A stretch of 63,375 nt of DNA, filler included, from Craspedostauros australis (lineage: Eukaryota), in assembly GCA_030167865.1 (NCBI GenBank). It is 5 parts of 5 records of this genome, joined end to end, with 100 filler letters (N's around TTAATTAATTAA, not from the genome) between each part and the next. Parts side by side here need not be neighbours in the genome. Positions count along the whole stretch, not along the records: positions 1 to 29,992 come from JALAGF010005837.1; positions 30,093 to 45,975 come from JALAGF010005840.1; 3 more parts are not named here. One strand, written 5' to 3'. Within the stretch, counting starts at the first letter, position 1, and every line of letters starts with the position of its first letter. Positions 23,591 through 36,114 of the stretch are shown piece after piece. The notes below the pieces were generated by a model that was not told the DNA's origin, ran no database searches, and saw nothing but the letters and a program-made list of their open reading frames with translations. The position numbers were made by a program, and so were the translations under genes.

Positions 23591-23944
23591 AGTATTCTGA
23601 ATGCATTGGATTGCATCGCATTGCAAGAAGCAAAGAAAATGAGAACCAGCTATTTCGTAAAATAGAAATTGCATGCCCTAACTTGTCAATAACAATCGTC
23701 TACTCGCACGTGTGGACAAGGAAGGCGATGAATGTTGGCTGTGAAACAGAGGACATATCAAGTGATTGTGTTGTATGTGTGGTATGTAGTTGTACTCGTA
23801 GCTTGGGATTGTCTATTTGTATTTGTATGGCATTTACATAGAACATGAGCGGACCACGATAGTAGCATTCGTGGTCATGCGTGCACATGACTTCCACAAG
23901 TATGTACATCAACACAACACTCCCACATGAGAGAACACGCCACA

Positions 23945-25096
23945 TCACTTCAACTGCCGCGGCCGCAGCTGCTCCGCCGTCTTGCCGCGCAGATAATCAT
24001 TCCATTGATCCCAATGCTGCCGCCTCGTGTAATCCAACGGCACATGCCCCCTGACATCGGCCACGAATAGCAGATCGGGACAGGCCTCGATGAGGACGTC
24101 CATGAGCTCGAAGTTGGGCGCGCACGTCCAGCACGCATCATGCAACGGCGTGCGGCCAAAGTCGTCCTTGATCTGCATCGGCACCTCCTGCAGCAGGTAG
24201 GTCGCGACGTCGACGAATCCCTTGCGACATGCCAGATGCAGCAGGCTCTCACCGAAGCGGTTGGAGCATTTGAGAGGTCGCTTGCGCACCGTGTGGTACT
24301 CGCGCAGTCGGTCCATATCGCGCGTGCGGACGATGGCCAGGATCTCCGTGTCGTAGGCGTCGATCTCGGCTTGGGTGGGGTCGTGGAAGAAGTCCGGGAT
24401 GGTGGTGCAGGAATGCGTCTTGGGTTTGTCGGGCGTGAGGAGCTGCATGAGGACCTGCTGCGGTTTCGTGGCTGGTTTGATTCGTTTGGAGTCGAGGAGC
24501 CTGGCGGGTAGTTCGGAGACGATTTGCAGCACCTTCTTTCGTTTGCGGGGGGTGTTGGCGATCGTTGGTGCAGTTGGAGTGGCCGTAGTTGGAGCAGCTG
24601 TGGTTGAGACTGCTGCAGCACTCACTGCAGGCATGGATGGTGCATTGACTGGGATGCTTTCCGTGGAAGAGTACGCAACGACAGATGGTGGCATGGCAAG
24701 TGCAGCCGTCGCAGGCAACAGCTGGTGATGCTGTGGTTGCAGCATACCAACGTGAGCTGCTGACGTGCTGGTTGTCATGGCAGTGGGCACCGCTGAGGTC
24801 GACTGCGGCTTCGCCATCATCTGTTGCTGCGCCATGTGGAACTGCTGCTGTGCCTGCTGGTATGCATGCGAGAGCTGTATCGTTCCGTTTGGCATCATGT
24901 AGTACATTGGAGCCGCATTTGTGGAAGCAGACGCTTGGATTGCTGCATGCGGAACTGCTGTAGGTGGTTGAGACAACTTGGCAGGAGCCAATGGTGCTGG
25001 TGCGATGCAGATGTTCCTGCTTGCAGCTGGTTGCAACGGCATCAGCAGTGCATGCTGCGGAGTTGATGCTGATTGTTGCTGCGTTCTGACGTCCAT
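23945..25096 (-). CDS. Ankyrin-repeat protein with Q/A/P-rich N-terminus (383 aa)
   Basis: Ankyrin motifs NRFGESLLHLACRKG, DDFGRTPLHDACW and DVRGHVPLDY; basic PRKRKK putative NLS. Confidence 0.85.
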   Translation of the reverse strand: MDVRTQQQSASTPQHALLMPLQPAASRNICIAPAPLAPAKLSQPPTAVPHAAIQASASTNAAPMYYMMPNGTIQLSHAYQQAQQQFHMAQQQMMAKPQSTSAVPTAMTTSTSAAHVGMLQPQHHQLLPATAALAMPPSVVAYSSTESIPVNAPSMPAVSAAAVSTTAAPTTATPTAPTIANTPRKRKKVLQIVSELPARLLDSKRIKPATKPQQVLMQLLTPDKPKTHSCTTIPDFFHDPTQAEIDAYDTEILAIVRTRDMDRLREYHTVRKRPLKCSNRFGESLLHLACRKGFVDVATYLLQEVPMQIKDDFGRTPLHDACWTCAPNFELMDVLIEACPDLLFVADVRGHVPLDYTRRQHWDQWNDYLRGKTAEQLRPRQLK

Positions 25097-26831
25097 GGTG
25101 ATGGTCTGTTGCTGCTTTGCTATGCACTCCCAATGGCTCTATGGCTCTATGGCTCTGTGCAATGCAATGTGATACGATACGACGGTTCTGAGTGCATGGG
25201 GCTCGTGTTACTCGTTGCACTTCTGCTCTGCTTGACTCTGCTTGACTCTGTTGCGGTAATGATAATGATGATGATGATGATGATGTCAGCCTCAAGTCAG
25301 CCTCAACTCCAGACAGATGGCCTTCCTGGGACTCTTCTTCTAACCAACAACTGCACCACCGAGCTCTTTGCTTCGAGAGCTAGGACCAGCAGTTGGATGG
25401 ATGGATGGATGGTTGGCTGGAGGATGAAGACTTCTGTCTGCGGATGAACTCTCGGCAATCACCTCACCTCACCACATCCGTGAGTGATTGTTAGCTCAAC
25501 GTCCTGCTCCACCACCACTCTGCGAGCACTACTATTCGTGTAGTGTGCGCACCAAGGCAGTCGTCACCATTACACTGTTCTGCGAGGTTCTGTAGCGTCT
25601 GACGTGACGTTGGCACACTTGACGCCCCCTCACCTCGTACAACATGGCAACGGTTGGGCACAAGAGGCTGTGGTTGCCACAGGATGAGCGAACAACTGGT
25701 GGACGTCGTCAAACTTCATCGCGATGAGAGTGCAGCAGTGTACTTTCCACTACAAATATTAACCCCACTTCTATCCTGCGACTGCGTCAACGTGGTAGTT
25801 GTTCCTCCTTCTCTGGGCAACAGCAATTCTGCACACCAATGCCATCCCACAGTGAACCCTTTTTCTCATTGGCCGTCATCCAAACAACAACAACACCTGA
25901 AATCATGTCCGTGGTGCTATGTTCAACTGAAGACGACGTACGTGGCCAACTGGCCACGTGGTCCCTCATTTCCATGACACTTCCAGAATTCTTCCGCGAA
26001 GAACCTCCGTGCACTAACACTGCAATCACGAACACCACTGTTTTCAGGTACTGGAGTTTGTTGTGGACGAATTCGTAGAATGCAATCTAATGTAGACCAT
26101 ATGAAGAAACAATTGGCTTGCTGCTGCTCCTCTTCTTGCTCCCTGTCGTTTGGCCACATTCTAAGGCTGCTCGTAGAGTGTTTGAGAGCATGCTGCAATT
26201 ATCACAATCTATGCCATCCCAGAATGCATCCACATGCAGCCACCGTGCGTCCGAAGTCAAGCAATACTATTCGTCTACACTATCTACATTTCATCAACGA
26301 GAAGTTGAAATGTCGCGCGCCTGATGTTCTCTTGTCATCAATTGGGACAGCCCCCCTGCACTAATAACGCATAATTAACGGTGCGTCGGGCGGCCACATC
26401 AAAATTCTGTTTTCATAATGGCACAACCAGTGATCACCACAACGATCATCAACAGAAGGCGGCGTTGTCACAGGAGCACTGCAAGTGAAGAGCAACAGTC
26501 ATTCCATCGCAGCGACCACATGCCGCACTCTCTGGCAGCAGTGGACAACGCTGGTACGTCTGTTACTATTCTCCCGTGTGATGGAAACGATGATTGCCCA
26601 TCCCGCCCTCTCCAAAGCGGATGCGCCCGATAGATCCAAAGAGCTACGCCACCTTCATCGTTTCTGCTTCCGTCATTTTCCTCTTCATCTCGCCTCTTGG
26701 CACCATGTTGACAACGGCAAGGGTTCGGTTGAACCATCCCTTCACTAATGAGGTCACAATGTGGCGTAGTTTGCAGAACGGGCAGTTCAAGCAGCCAGTC
26801 GCAACAAACCTGCGGGCTTACACTTTCAAGC

Positions 26832-26873
<42 letters not shown>

Positions 26874-27418
26874 CTCTTGATCACAACGCATTCTCGCCGA
26901 ATCACTATTACAGAAAGTTGCTGCACTGGTCGAAACAACCACTGCGGCGTACATCATGAAGCTCTGTGCGGCAACGGCAACGGCAACGACAATGGAATGA
27001 TACCATCGCAGCAACAACGCAAAACGCTGCGCGCAAACTGCCGTCACGCTCACAGAATACAAGTAGACGAGAACAGTGCTCCTTTTCACGTTCAAGAGGA
27101 AGCGGGCAAGGGGCCTTGCATTAACAGATGCTGGTGGGCATGTGTTCAGTTGTGATCACGCGGCGTGAGTACAAGCATGGTGGTGTTGGCGGCTGCGATA
27201 CATCAATTTGAATTATCCGAGACTCTCTCTACGTACACACAACGCGGAGAAACCAAACCATCGCATGCATTCCTTCGCTGATTGTTCGACTCTTCAAACT
27301 TGTGGCATCCCGTATCTGCGCAATTGGTAATCTGAGCATTGCTCTACTCTACTCTACTCTGTTCTGTTCCACTCTGTGACTATGAGGGAATATGGCGTCG
27401 TCGCCTCGCCACTCATAC

Positions 27419-28405
27419 TCATGCGGCCGCTGCTATGACGGCCATTTCCTGCTCGATCCAACAAATGGCATTCTGATGAAATAGTGTCGTGTACGGTGTC
27501 ATAGTGAGGATTGGATTGAAGTCATGCAGCTGCGACAGCTGTGCCGGCATCGATGGCAAGGGCGTTGACGTCGGCGTCACGACGATGCTCGTAGAACACG
27601 TCCATCGCAGAATGCGCTGGAAGCAGTGGCATGCCAATCCCTCCCTGCCCGTCATGATGTAGAGATTGGCCAAGTTGTTCTCGACCGCGAGATGCAGCAG
27701 CATATTCGGGCTGCTGCTTTGCTTGGACCGCATCGATGCGTGCTTGGAGGAAACCGAATCTTCGAAGGATGACAGTAGGATGTGGTAGTGTAATTCGGCA
27801 TTCGCCAGCAACTTCTGAATCTGCACCTGCTTCTGATCGTCGAATTGCGGCCATTCGTCCTGTTGCCGCGCGATGGTTCTGGCGCGCAAATGATGTGCCA
27901 ACGCATTGTTGAACATGATGATGCGTAGAGCTTCGAAGCATTGCTGCTGTTTCACTTGCGAGGATGAAGATGTCGACGTCGACATGGATGGCAGATACGA
28001 ATGCGGCTGCGACGGCGCTGGCATTGTTGCATTAGGGTCTTGAAAACATGATTCGTGATCGAATGAAAACATGTGCATTGGGATTGTGATCGGGTGACAG
28101 TAGAACAGCGATTCTCCACCAGGTTGCTGTCGCGAGAAAAAGTCATCTGGAGCATGTGTCACCATGTGATACTGGTGGCAAGGCGCGTTGTAGTGGTGGC
28201 TGCGCTGGTGCTGTCGCGGCCACTGCTGCTCAGGACGTTTCTGACGATGATGCATCGTTGAAGGGGCTTGGTGCAGGAGAAATTGAGCCTGCTCTTCGCA
28301 CATCTTCACAGCTTCATTGAGGTATTCGATTGCAGTTTCGTACCGCCCCTCCTTGATCCACATCGAACCCAGGTTGTTCTTGTGAACGATTCGTTTGGTC
28401 GACAT
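27419..28405 (-). CDS. Hypothetical TPR-like helical protein (328 aa)
   Basis: Intact ATG-to-stop ORF; TPR-like segments NNLGSMWIKEGRYETAIEYL, IIMFNNALAHH and LAVENNLANLY; ends in AAAA. Confidence 0.7.
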   Translation of the reverse strand: MSTKRIVHKNNLGSMWIKEGRYETAIEYLNEAVKMCEEQAQFLLHQAPSTMHHRQKRPEQQWPRQHQRSHHYNAPCHQYHMVTHAPDDFFSRQQPGGESLFYCHPITIPMHMFSFDHESCFQDPNATMPAPSQPHSYLPSMSTSTSSSSQVKQQQCFEALRIIMFNNALAHHLRARTIARQQDEWPQFDDQKQVQIQKLLANAELHYHILLSSFEDSVSSKHASMRSKQSSSPNMLLHLAVENNLANLYIMTGREGLACHCFQRILRWTCSTSIVVTPTSTPLPSMPAQLSQLHDFNPILTMTPYTTLFHQNAICWIEQEMAVIAAAA

Positions 28406-30036
28406 GGTGGCTCAGAGCTTGTGGTGTGTCGTGGTTTGTTGTGGAGGATTGTGTTGTGGAATGCACTTGTTATTGTCGTTCTTGGTGTTGACGTTGTGGA
28501 TGTTCGCTGCGTCGAGATCAATTCCAAAGTGTGCGAGTCTTTGCAAGTCGGAGATGGATCACTTTCTGTGGAGTCCGCCGTTTCGTTTTCGCCTTGCCGA
28601 GTCGGATTGCACGACTGCTTTGTTAGTGATACGAATGTTGCGGAGGCCTGGTGAATGTGGAAGGGCAGAATGAGCGTTGGAGCAACGCGAGCACGAGTGA
28701 TGGAAACGGCGACTGGGAAGCGAAGGGAAGCCAAGTCGCGACCTCTCTCGTTCGTGGGTATGTACTGGGAGGCAATGCGATTTCGTGGGCCTTGGACGGA
28801 GGAAGCGGATGGACGGTTCCTGTGAGGATGGCTTGGAAGTTCTGAACGGTTTCGATTTGAGGTGATGGTGTGGGCCTTGATTTGCGCAGTGCGTGGTGTG
28901 GTGTGGTGTGGTGTGCGCGGTGTTGAAGTATGACCTGGATTGCTGTGCACGCTTCGTCGATTTGTGATCTTTGTAATTTGTGGGCAAACAAGTTCGCAAA
29001 TGAGAGGGTGTGGCCTCCTGTGCTGGTGTTGGCCGCGATAGTTGGTACGTACATAATTGTGATTGATGTCGTGCGAGCCGTCGCTGTTGGCGTTTCCTTC
29101 TCAATGCTCCGGTTCTTGTCACCACTACGGTTATGCTGGGTGGAGTGTTGTCTGGTACGAGGGAGTGCGGACAGTCTGGAGGCGGTCGAGTTCGACTTTG
29201 TTGCGGCACCTGATGCTTTGTTCGTGGGGATGGCACGGATGCGTTTGCCTTGGATGAGTCGGCATGGTTGTTCCGCGCGCGAGGTTGCGTTGCATTTTCC
29301 TCACGTCTTTCTTTCCTTCCTCGCCAGAACTTTGTGTGTGGACTTGGCACAACTCAGTCCTCCAGCAACACCGCTGAGCGAGTTTCGCGCAGGTGGTCAA
29401 CCTCAAAAAATGGACCGAATCGGCAGTCGTGATGTCGTCATGTAGATGCAAATCACTTCAAGGACAGCGAATACAACGAGACTGCCCGGTCATCGAAGCA
29501 GTGCTGCACCCTGGCTTAATTGATAATAACATTCGCTCAAACGGATATCGCAGTGTTAGCACGGCGAAGCCGGAAGCCTTTCTTGTGTGGCCTTCTCTCC
29601 TCATGGTGGCGACTTCGTTGTGATGGGGGCACTCAGAAGTTGCGTGGTGCGACTATGAGCCCGGATAGCGAGTCGACCTGCACTTTGAAATGGACATTCT
29701 AACTTTTCATCTGCGATATCCAAACCAAGCACATATTCGTAATCCTTATAATCTCATTATACATAATTAACCGTTACATTNNNNNNNNNNNNNNNNNNNN
29801 NNNNNNNNNNNNNNNNNNNNNNNNNNNNNNGCAGTCACGTGGGTCCAACAGCACAAAACCCGTTGTTGTTGGCAGAAGGTTCTATGATGTTCTCATGTAT
29901 TTATCGTGAGGTGGTCAGTCACGGACTAGACTCCGAAGGTGTCAGTCGTTTGGTACGCGTTAATTACACGTTAGCATGTGGCGCATGATTCCNNNNNNNN
30001 NNNNNNNNNNNNNNNNNNNNNNNNNNNNNNNNNNNN

Positions 30037-30048
30037 TTAATTAATTAA
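30037..30048. other. Artificial contig-join linker TTAATTAATTAA inside an N run (also at 46020-46031, 48362-48373, 50234-50245)
   Basis: Identical 12-mer with stops in all six frames, centred in N runs four times; an assembly spacer. Confidence 0.95.
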
Positions 30049-30392
30049 NNNNNNNNNNNNNNNNNNNNNNNNNNNNNNNNNNNNNNNNNNNNCCAGGGAC
30101 TAGAACAACTCAGAAAGGGCATCATCCATGACACCAAACATGACACCAATCGTAAAGTTCGGTGTCAAGAGATCAAGAGCGAAACGCAAGACTGTGGAAT
30201 CGTACCGCAGGGAATGTAGAATAAGGATATGCACGACNNNNNNNNNNNNNNNNNNNNNNNNNNNNNNNNNNNNNNNNNNNNNNNNNNNNNNNNNNNNNNN
30301 NNNNNNNNNNNNNNNNNNNNNNNNNNNNNNNNNNNNNNNNNNNNNNNNNNNNNNNNNNNNNNNNNNNNNNNNNNNNNNNNNNNNNNNNNNNN

Positions 30393-30498
30393 TGAGAAAC
30401 GAAAGGCAAAGGAGCTGAAGAGAATGAGCTCACAGTTCTGAATAGTACGGTCTAACAACGAATTAGGTCTTACTAACACTAACCCCGGATTTCCAACA
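30393..30498 (+). mobile_element. Copia LTR 3'-end fragment
   Basis: Contains gagctcacagttct...aaccccggatttccaaca, the family 3' terminus also at 44872 and 45478; begins at an N gap. Confidence 0.75.
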
Positions 30499-30919
30499 AG
30501 GGCCCCCTCCCATGGTACTTGGGCTACGCAAACCCTACCACCCTTTTCCAGAGCAACCCACACAGGGCGTCACACCAACAAGAATCATTGCACTAATCTC
30601 ATAATCCGCACGTTTCTTCACCCATCATTAATATTCTCAATTGACTACTTGTGATCCTGAAGACTCACGTTCGGACCGCTTGCCAATCAAGCCTCTGCCC
30701 AAAGCTATCAACAGCCAACAAGACAACAGCCATTACGTTTGGGCTCTATTAGTCTAAGCCAACAAAACTATTGGTGGAAAGACAACGTGATGAGTGCACG
30801 GACATGGGGAACTTGGTGGTGCATGCATGTCCATGGTGAATTCAAGATAAATGCAAGATGAATGTATGCTAGACCAATGGATGGACCCATGGAGATCTCA
30901 GGAGGAGATCAAACTTTGG

Positions 30920-31012
30920 AAGTTGAGAGCAATGAAGAGCTCACAGTTCAGATAAGTAGATGCTAACAAACGATTAGCTTTCTACTATCACCACCACCCC
31001 AGATTTTCAACA
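30920..31012 (+). mobile_element. Diverged Copia LTR 3'-end fragment
   Basis: gagctcacagttc...ccccagattttcaaca matches the family terminus; 5' boundary not determined. Confidence 0.6.
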
Positions 31013-31168
31013 TTCAGCATTGGTAAGTTGACATGCGTGCAGCTTCTGTGGGCTGATTCTGTATGTGATCATCTGCACGTGGCATGGTAATGTCACACTC
31101 ATTCACTCATTCATTCACTCACTGGACGCATCATTCATGACAACAAAACAAACAACAATACAAACAGG

Positions 31169-31436
31169 CTTCCTACCGGACCTGTGGGATCACCTTTCGA
31201 ACATGTGGAACATGAGCTCCGCCAAGTACCTCATCTGCTACTTGAATCCACACGATCTCATCGAAACCTACAACTTTGACGTCGAGCTGGTGTCCCGCAT
31301 GCCAACCTCCATACATGGATGGAAGGAGGGACATCTGGGATACGTCTACAAGCGCATCCGTGCTAGGGAAGAAGGCAACAAATTCCACGGCTGTCGATGT
31401 GCCAACGCAAACAGCAACAGCCGCAACCGCAACTGA
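31169..31436 (+). pseudogene. Orphan exon-like remnant, possibly the C-terminus of a SAM-dependent methyltransferase-like protein
   Basis: Acceptor-like caaacag followed by FLPDLWDHLSNMWNMSSAKYLICYLNPHDLIETYNFDVELV...HGWKEGHLGYVYKR. Upstream sequence is an LTR fragment. Family assignment is from recollection only. Confidence 0.3.
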
Positions 31437-32810
31437 CAAGTCAAGTGCGACCCCATCTTCCAAGAGGCCTACGACCTGGTCTGCGATGGTTCGGAGCCTT
31501 TGCACAAGATGGTGACACAGCAAGCTATCTCGACCATGAACTCGGAATGTATGACTCGTTCACGCGGAATGAAGCTGACGCGATGAGCGTGATTGATCAC
31601 GGCACTCATTCCGGGGAGACGAGAGAAAGGAGAAACACACCCATTACAGAGTAAGTGCACGAGCATGTCACCAGGCCATGCCGTGCGTAAGTGTTGGACG
31701 ATGTCGCGATGACAGTGGCTGTGACGACGGCAGCAATCATAGCTGTGACCGTGAATGATAGCACGAGTACGGCAGTGCAATAGAGCCGCAAAGGGAGTTA
31801 CACGTATTATAGATAGTGCAAGATGCACCATAACACGAAAAGCAACACAACAGGCTGCAGCATGACGACGCATGGGATGTAGCAAGCGGCATAGGCCACA
31901 ACGAGGACTGCAACACTGCAAATCCAACTCGATTTCTCCTTTTGTACTTTGGGATACCATGTTCTGGTATGAGCATGCAGTCAGTTAGAGAGACTCTGGA
32001 TAGTAAAGAGAGAGCACTTCGACTTGATTCTCTTGTCTTCCCTTCTGGACGTGTTGACTCTCCCGGGTGAGTATGGCCGCCTGTGCCGTTCCATTTTTCG
32101 CGCATCACACTCATTCGGACGATCCAGGCATACCCCAACCACAAGATAACTCCTCGCATGGTGCCCAGCAACCGCCAACCCTGGATTGAGATAACCGCTC
32201 TGAGGTCTCCTCGTATCTCCGCTTGTGCAAACACCAATGCCTGCAGTGGGATTCAGGGTTGATAGAAACACAGACTCAAGCATGCGATCAAAGGTCTGGC
32301 ATCCATGACATCTTCGAAAATGGGAGTTCACAGGTGTTCTCACTTTTCGATCACACGCAGATGGGAGCGACCAAAAGAGTTCCGTCTCATGGCTCCTGCA
32401 TCGCAGTGTCGATGGTGGCGAAGGAGGTCGCACCCTCATTGGGAATTGCTTCTCCGTCTTGGTGTCAACGACTGCCAGAGATCGTCACTTCCGATCTGTG
32501 GAACCGAAGCATCGAACAGAATCGAACACCATCCCAAGATTCTGCATCAACGCAGCACTGTGTTGCAAACTCGGAGCATGTGCGATCTGATGCGATCTTG
32601 TGCGTGTTCGAATTGGCGTGCGACCATGTCTCGAAGGTGTACCGGAGTGCAACAGGAGTGCAGCAATGTGCTCCACACATTCCCCAACCATCCTCTCACA
32701 AAACCCCGAAACTCAAACAAGTTGTGAAGCTGGGAAAGACACAAGCTCACATCCTCAAGCAAACATAATTTCAATCAGCTCTTGACAAGCAATTCGAACA
32801 CATAGGCACA

Positions 32811-34733
32811 ATGTGGCCAAAAAAGAATAAAAAGCTCGTGAGTCTCGGCGGTGGTGGAGCTGTTCTCGAGGAGATCGAAGGGGAGGAAGAGGATGACAGC
32901 GATGATGAGGAGGATATCCAACAACAGATCAGCGATGCGAAGAAGAAGGAGGCCAAAGTAAGAGTGGACCTCGACGAAAGCATGAAGGCAGCCCAACAGC
33001 TGATGGAGAAAAGTAAGTCAGACACAACCAACAATCTACCTACTGAACTACTTTCTCAATGCAACACTGAGATCAGCAATTTTGGTGAACAACTCGACAA
33101 TGCCACCAAATCCCGCGAGGAACTTGCCACAAAGTTGCATCGATGCCGACTGAAGCGTCGCATGAGAGAATCTAGTATCAAGAAGGTGCTGGACAAACTC
33201 GACGCTGTGGAGAACAAAATTGATGTCATGTTCATCATGGACGCTTCTAGTTCAATGAGGTCATACATCCGCAGTGCCAAGAAGACTATCCGCAAGATTG
33301 TCGAGAAGATCAAGGCCGATGGAAAGGGGAAGGATCTACGGTTGGGGTTCGTGGCCTACCGAGATATTTACAATGGATCTGATCGATACCAAGTCCTTGA
33401 TTTCGTGGACGACGTCAGTGTCTTCGAACGCTTCCTGGAGGGAGTCAAGTCCATTCGCAACAACGACGAGCCAGAAGACATGGCGGTTGGCATCCAAAAG
33501 GCCAATGAGCTCTCCTGGATGCACCCCACCAGAGTTGCCTTCATCGTCGGTGATGAAGCATGTCATGGAACCGAATTCCACGATCACGGCGAGTCTGGCG
33601 ACAACTACCCGACCGGCACTCCAGGCATCAACATCGTCTCGGAGCTGTCCAAACTCAGGACCAATCCATGGGGTGGAACCATGAACGTCTTCTTTGGTCG
33701 CATCACCAAGAAAACGGACAAGATGATTGAGCGGTTTGCGTCCGTCCACAACATTGATCTCAAGGTTGTGGACTTCTCTTCTCCCGAAATGGTTGAGAAC
33801 GTCGTGGTCAAGAGCGCCCGCCACTCCGTCTTCAACTCGGTGTCGTTGATCGACTCTCAGATCAAGTTAGTGGAGTACGAAGCAGACAGAGGGAAGATGA
33901 AGAAGGCCAAGATGAAACCATACACAATCTCCAAAGATTTTCCAACATACTTTGGATGGAAAGCAACGGTGCCCGTCAACGTGTACTGCAACACCCGCAA
34001 CATCTCCGTCCAGTCTTTGCGAACGCCTCTCTCGGTCAACAAGTTGGCCCAGACCTACATTTCTCGGTTCCGTTGCATGAAACGTGTCAACCTCAAGTTC
34101 CGGCTCCAACTGGCGAGATCACCGTTTGCTGAGGGGTCATGCCGCATTGCATTCCATGCAAAGTTGGCGCGTCACAATTCCGAGCTCAACCTCGACAAGA
34201 GCGCCATGGTGCTCAAGACCAACAAGCACCATGGACCAGGAATCAATGATAGACAACGATACTTCCAACAGATGGAGATATCATCCATCGTGTGCTTCCT
34301 TGCCAACGAATACAACAATTCAGTCTTCCGTCCTTCGCACTGTGCCATGATCAAGGTTTTGCAAGCGTGCGTGGTGGAGGTCAGCGACAGAAATGAAGCA
34401 GACGGAAACGGTTTCTACTGCGGCGAAGACGTGCTGCCAACCACCGGAACGCCATTCACCAAGTACTGCAGCAACACGGGAGCCTGGAATCCCGACCACA
34501 TCGATGAGTCGCTCCTTCGCTTCGTGGAGTTCTCGTATGTCTTCTCCAAGGAGTACTTGATTGTGGCGGATCTTCAAGGTGTCAAGGCCAATGGCAAGTA
34601 CTACTTGACCGACCCTGCGATCTTGTGCACCGACATGAGACGCTTCGGCTGCACCAACATGTGTACACCGGGAATCATACGTCACTTGGCATCAGTTCGA
34701 GACAAGCTCAAGATGTTCACGACGAAGGAGTGA
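32811..34733 (+). CDS. Coiled-coil + vWA + alpha-kinase (eEF2K/MHCK family; VwkA-like architecture), 640 aa
   Basis: vWA IDVMFIMDASSSM (MIDAS), LGFVAYRD and DEPED; alpha-kinase PFAEGSCRIAF, VLK, KYCSNTG, IVADLQGV, YLTDPAI and FGCTNM. Confidence 0.9.
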   Translation: MWPKKNKKLVSLGGGGAVLEEIEGEEEDDSDDEEDIQQQISDAKKKEAKVRVDLDESMKAAQQLMEKSKSDTTNNLPTELLSQCNTEISNFGEQLDNATKSREELATKLHRCRLKRRMRESSIKKVLDKLDAVENKIDVMFIMDASSSMRSYIRSAKKTIRKIVEKIKADGKGKDLRLGFVAYRDIYNGSDRYQVLDFVDDVSVFERFLEGVKSIRNNDEPEDMAVGIQKANELSWMHPTRVAFIVGDEACHGTEFHDHGESGDNYPTGTPGINIVSELSKLRTNPWGGTMNVFFGRITKKTDKMIERFASVHNIDLKVVDFSSPEMVENVVVKSARHSVFNSVSLIDSQIKLVEYEADRGKMKKAKMKPYTISKDFPTYFGWKATVPVNVYCNTRNISVQSLRTPLSVNKLAQTYISRFRCMKRVNLKFRLQLARSPFAEGSCRIAFHAKLARHNSELNLDKSAMVLKTNKHHGPGINDRQRYFQQMEISSIVCFLANEYNNSVFRPSHCAMIKVLQACVVEVSDRNEADGNGFYCGEDVLPTTGTPFTKYCSNTGAWNPDHIDESLLRFVEFSYVFSKEYLIVADLQGVKANGKYYLTDPAILCTDMRRFGCTNMCTPGIIRHLASVRDKLKMFTTKE

Positions 34734-35322
34734 GGCAGTTCTGTCTGTTCCAAGTGCAGAAGAGGAGGGCAGGCGCATGGTGCCCATTCGTACTCGTGCA
34801 GCATCCAACGACATCCGACGAAGCTTCCATCTCCATGCACAACAAAAGAGAACTTGTTGGTGGCACACCTCTTATGACATCTAACACTTCACTACATACG
34901 TTACATGACTATTATACATGACAACATGACGTCAATACACATGATGGAAAAGGCGATGTCTCTTAGTTTGCCTTTCATGCCCACCATAACGATTCTACAA
35001 ACCGTAGATATACTTAGTACAACGATAATCAACTAGCCACTCAACGAAATAGCTTCTATTCAACAGAGTACATGGAGAGCAACTACGATTGAGTCAAATG
35101 AACCAACCGTGCTTGCACAAATGCGCATGTAGGTGCGATTATCCATTCACGCTAGTGCCTCAAACAAACGGACCCCAACAATTGGCGATTATTGGCTACA
35201 GTTGGCTACAGATTTTGGATCAGTTTTTCCCAAACTCCGCCTTCGTTTTATAGACACTCAATCCAACATCTCTTCACATCTACGTAAACTTAAGAGCCAG
35301 GGCTATCCAGGCAAGTGATAAC

Positions 35323-36114
35323 TGTTGGAAATCTGGGGTATAGATACTGTAGTTTAATGCTTATCAAACTGTACCGTTTTAGAACTGTGAGAACAACACA
35401 TTCATTTCTCAAATTCTCGACTCGTTTGCCCATGATGACGCTGATGGCCTCCTGTAGTTGCCCCTCACAATCATCATTACAAACCCTCTCTGTCATGCGC
35501 ATCTCATTGCTCATGGCAAGTGCATCTCACCATGCTCGTCTGTTGAGGTATCCTTCTACACTCCTGAGATGCATGCATGCCGATGCTTGATTCACTCTCT
35601 TCTCATCAGGCATCCATCACTCATTCAGTGCACTCTTCCGTGTTGTTCACTCACTCTTCTCACTTGTTCACTGACAATCACACTTGGTGAGAACATGGAG
35701 TTCTGGCACGATCAATCCAGTCCTTCGATGTTGTTCCAGTCCGCGCTTTGTTCTCCTTCGGCAGTTCTCTGTCAGTCACGTAATCATGTTCTGGGTTCCG
35801 AGCGACTCAACTGTGATAGCGCATTTGCATAGATGTTTCAGGTCAACTGGTCAACCCTCATGCTTGGAACACTTTGGTGTTCCAGTCTCCCTTTCACATC
35901 CATCGTTCGCCATGCCAGTTCGTCAACCCCCTCAAAACATGTCACATCATTAGTCTGTCCGTCATCCATCATACTCTTGACACACAGAGGAGGAGGTCCA
36001 CAATCGACTTGGGAGTGTGTCCGACTTTGGTAGATTGGTCAGTCTATTTTTGGTATTATGGGAGGTGCGGCAATCTAGGATAACACGACATAGTCGCACC
36101 CTCGATTCCTGACA
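35323..36114 (-). mobile_element. Solo Copia LTR (subfamily A, 792 bp) with 6-bp TSD GATAAC
   Basis: TG...CA termini (tgttggaaat...ttcctgaca); gataac at 35317-35322 and 36115-36120; inverted homologue of 44083-44872. Confidence 0.9.

Noticed and set aside
21740..23674. 644-aa minus-strand ORF (and 21487-22599)
   Set aside because: Antisense shadow of the strongly codon-biased FNR-fusion gene; no motifs of its own.
28306..29445. 214-263 aa ORFs upstream of the TPR-like gene
   Set aside because: Low-complexity UTR/promoter-like sequence with no coding signature.
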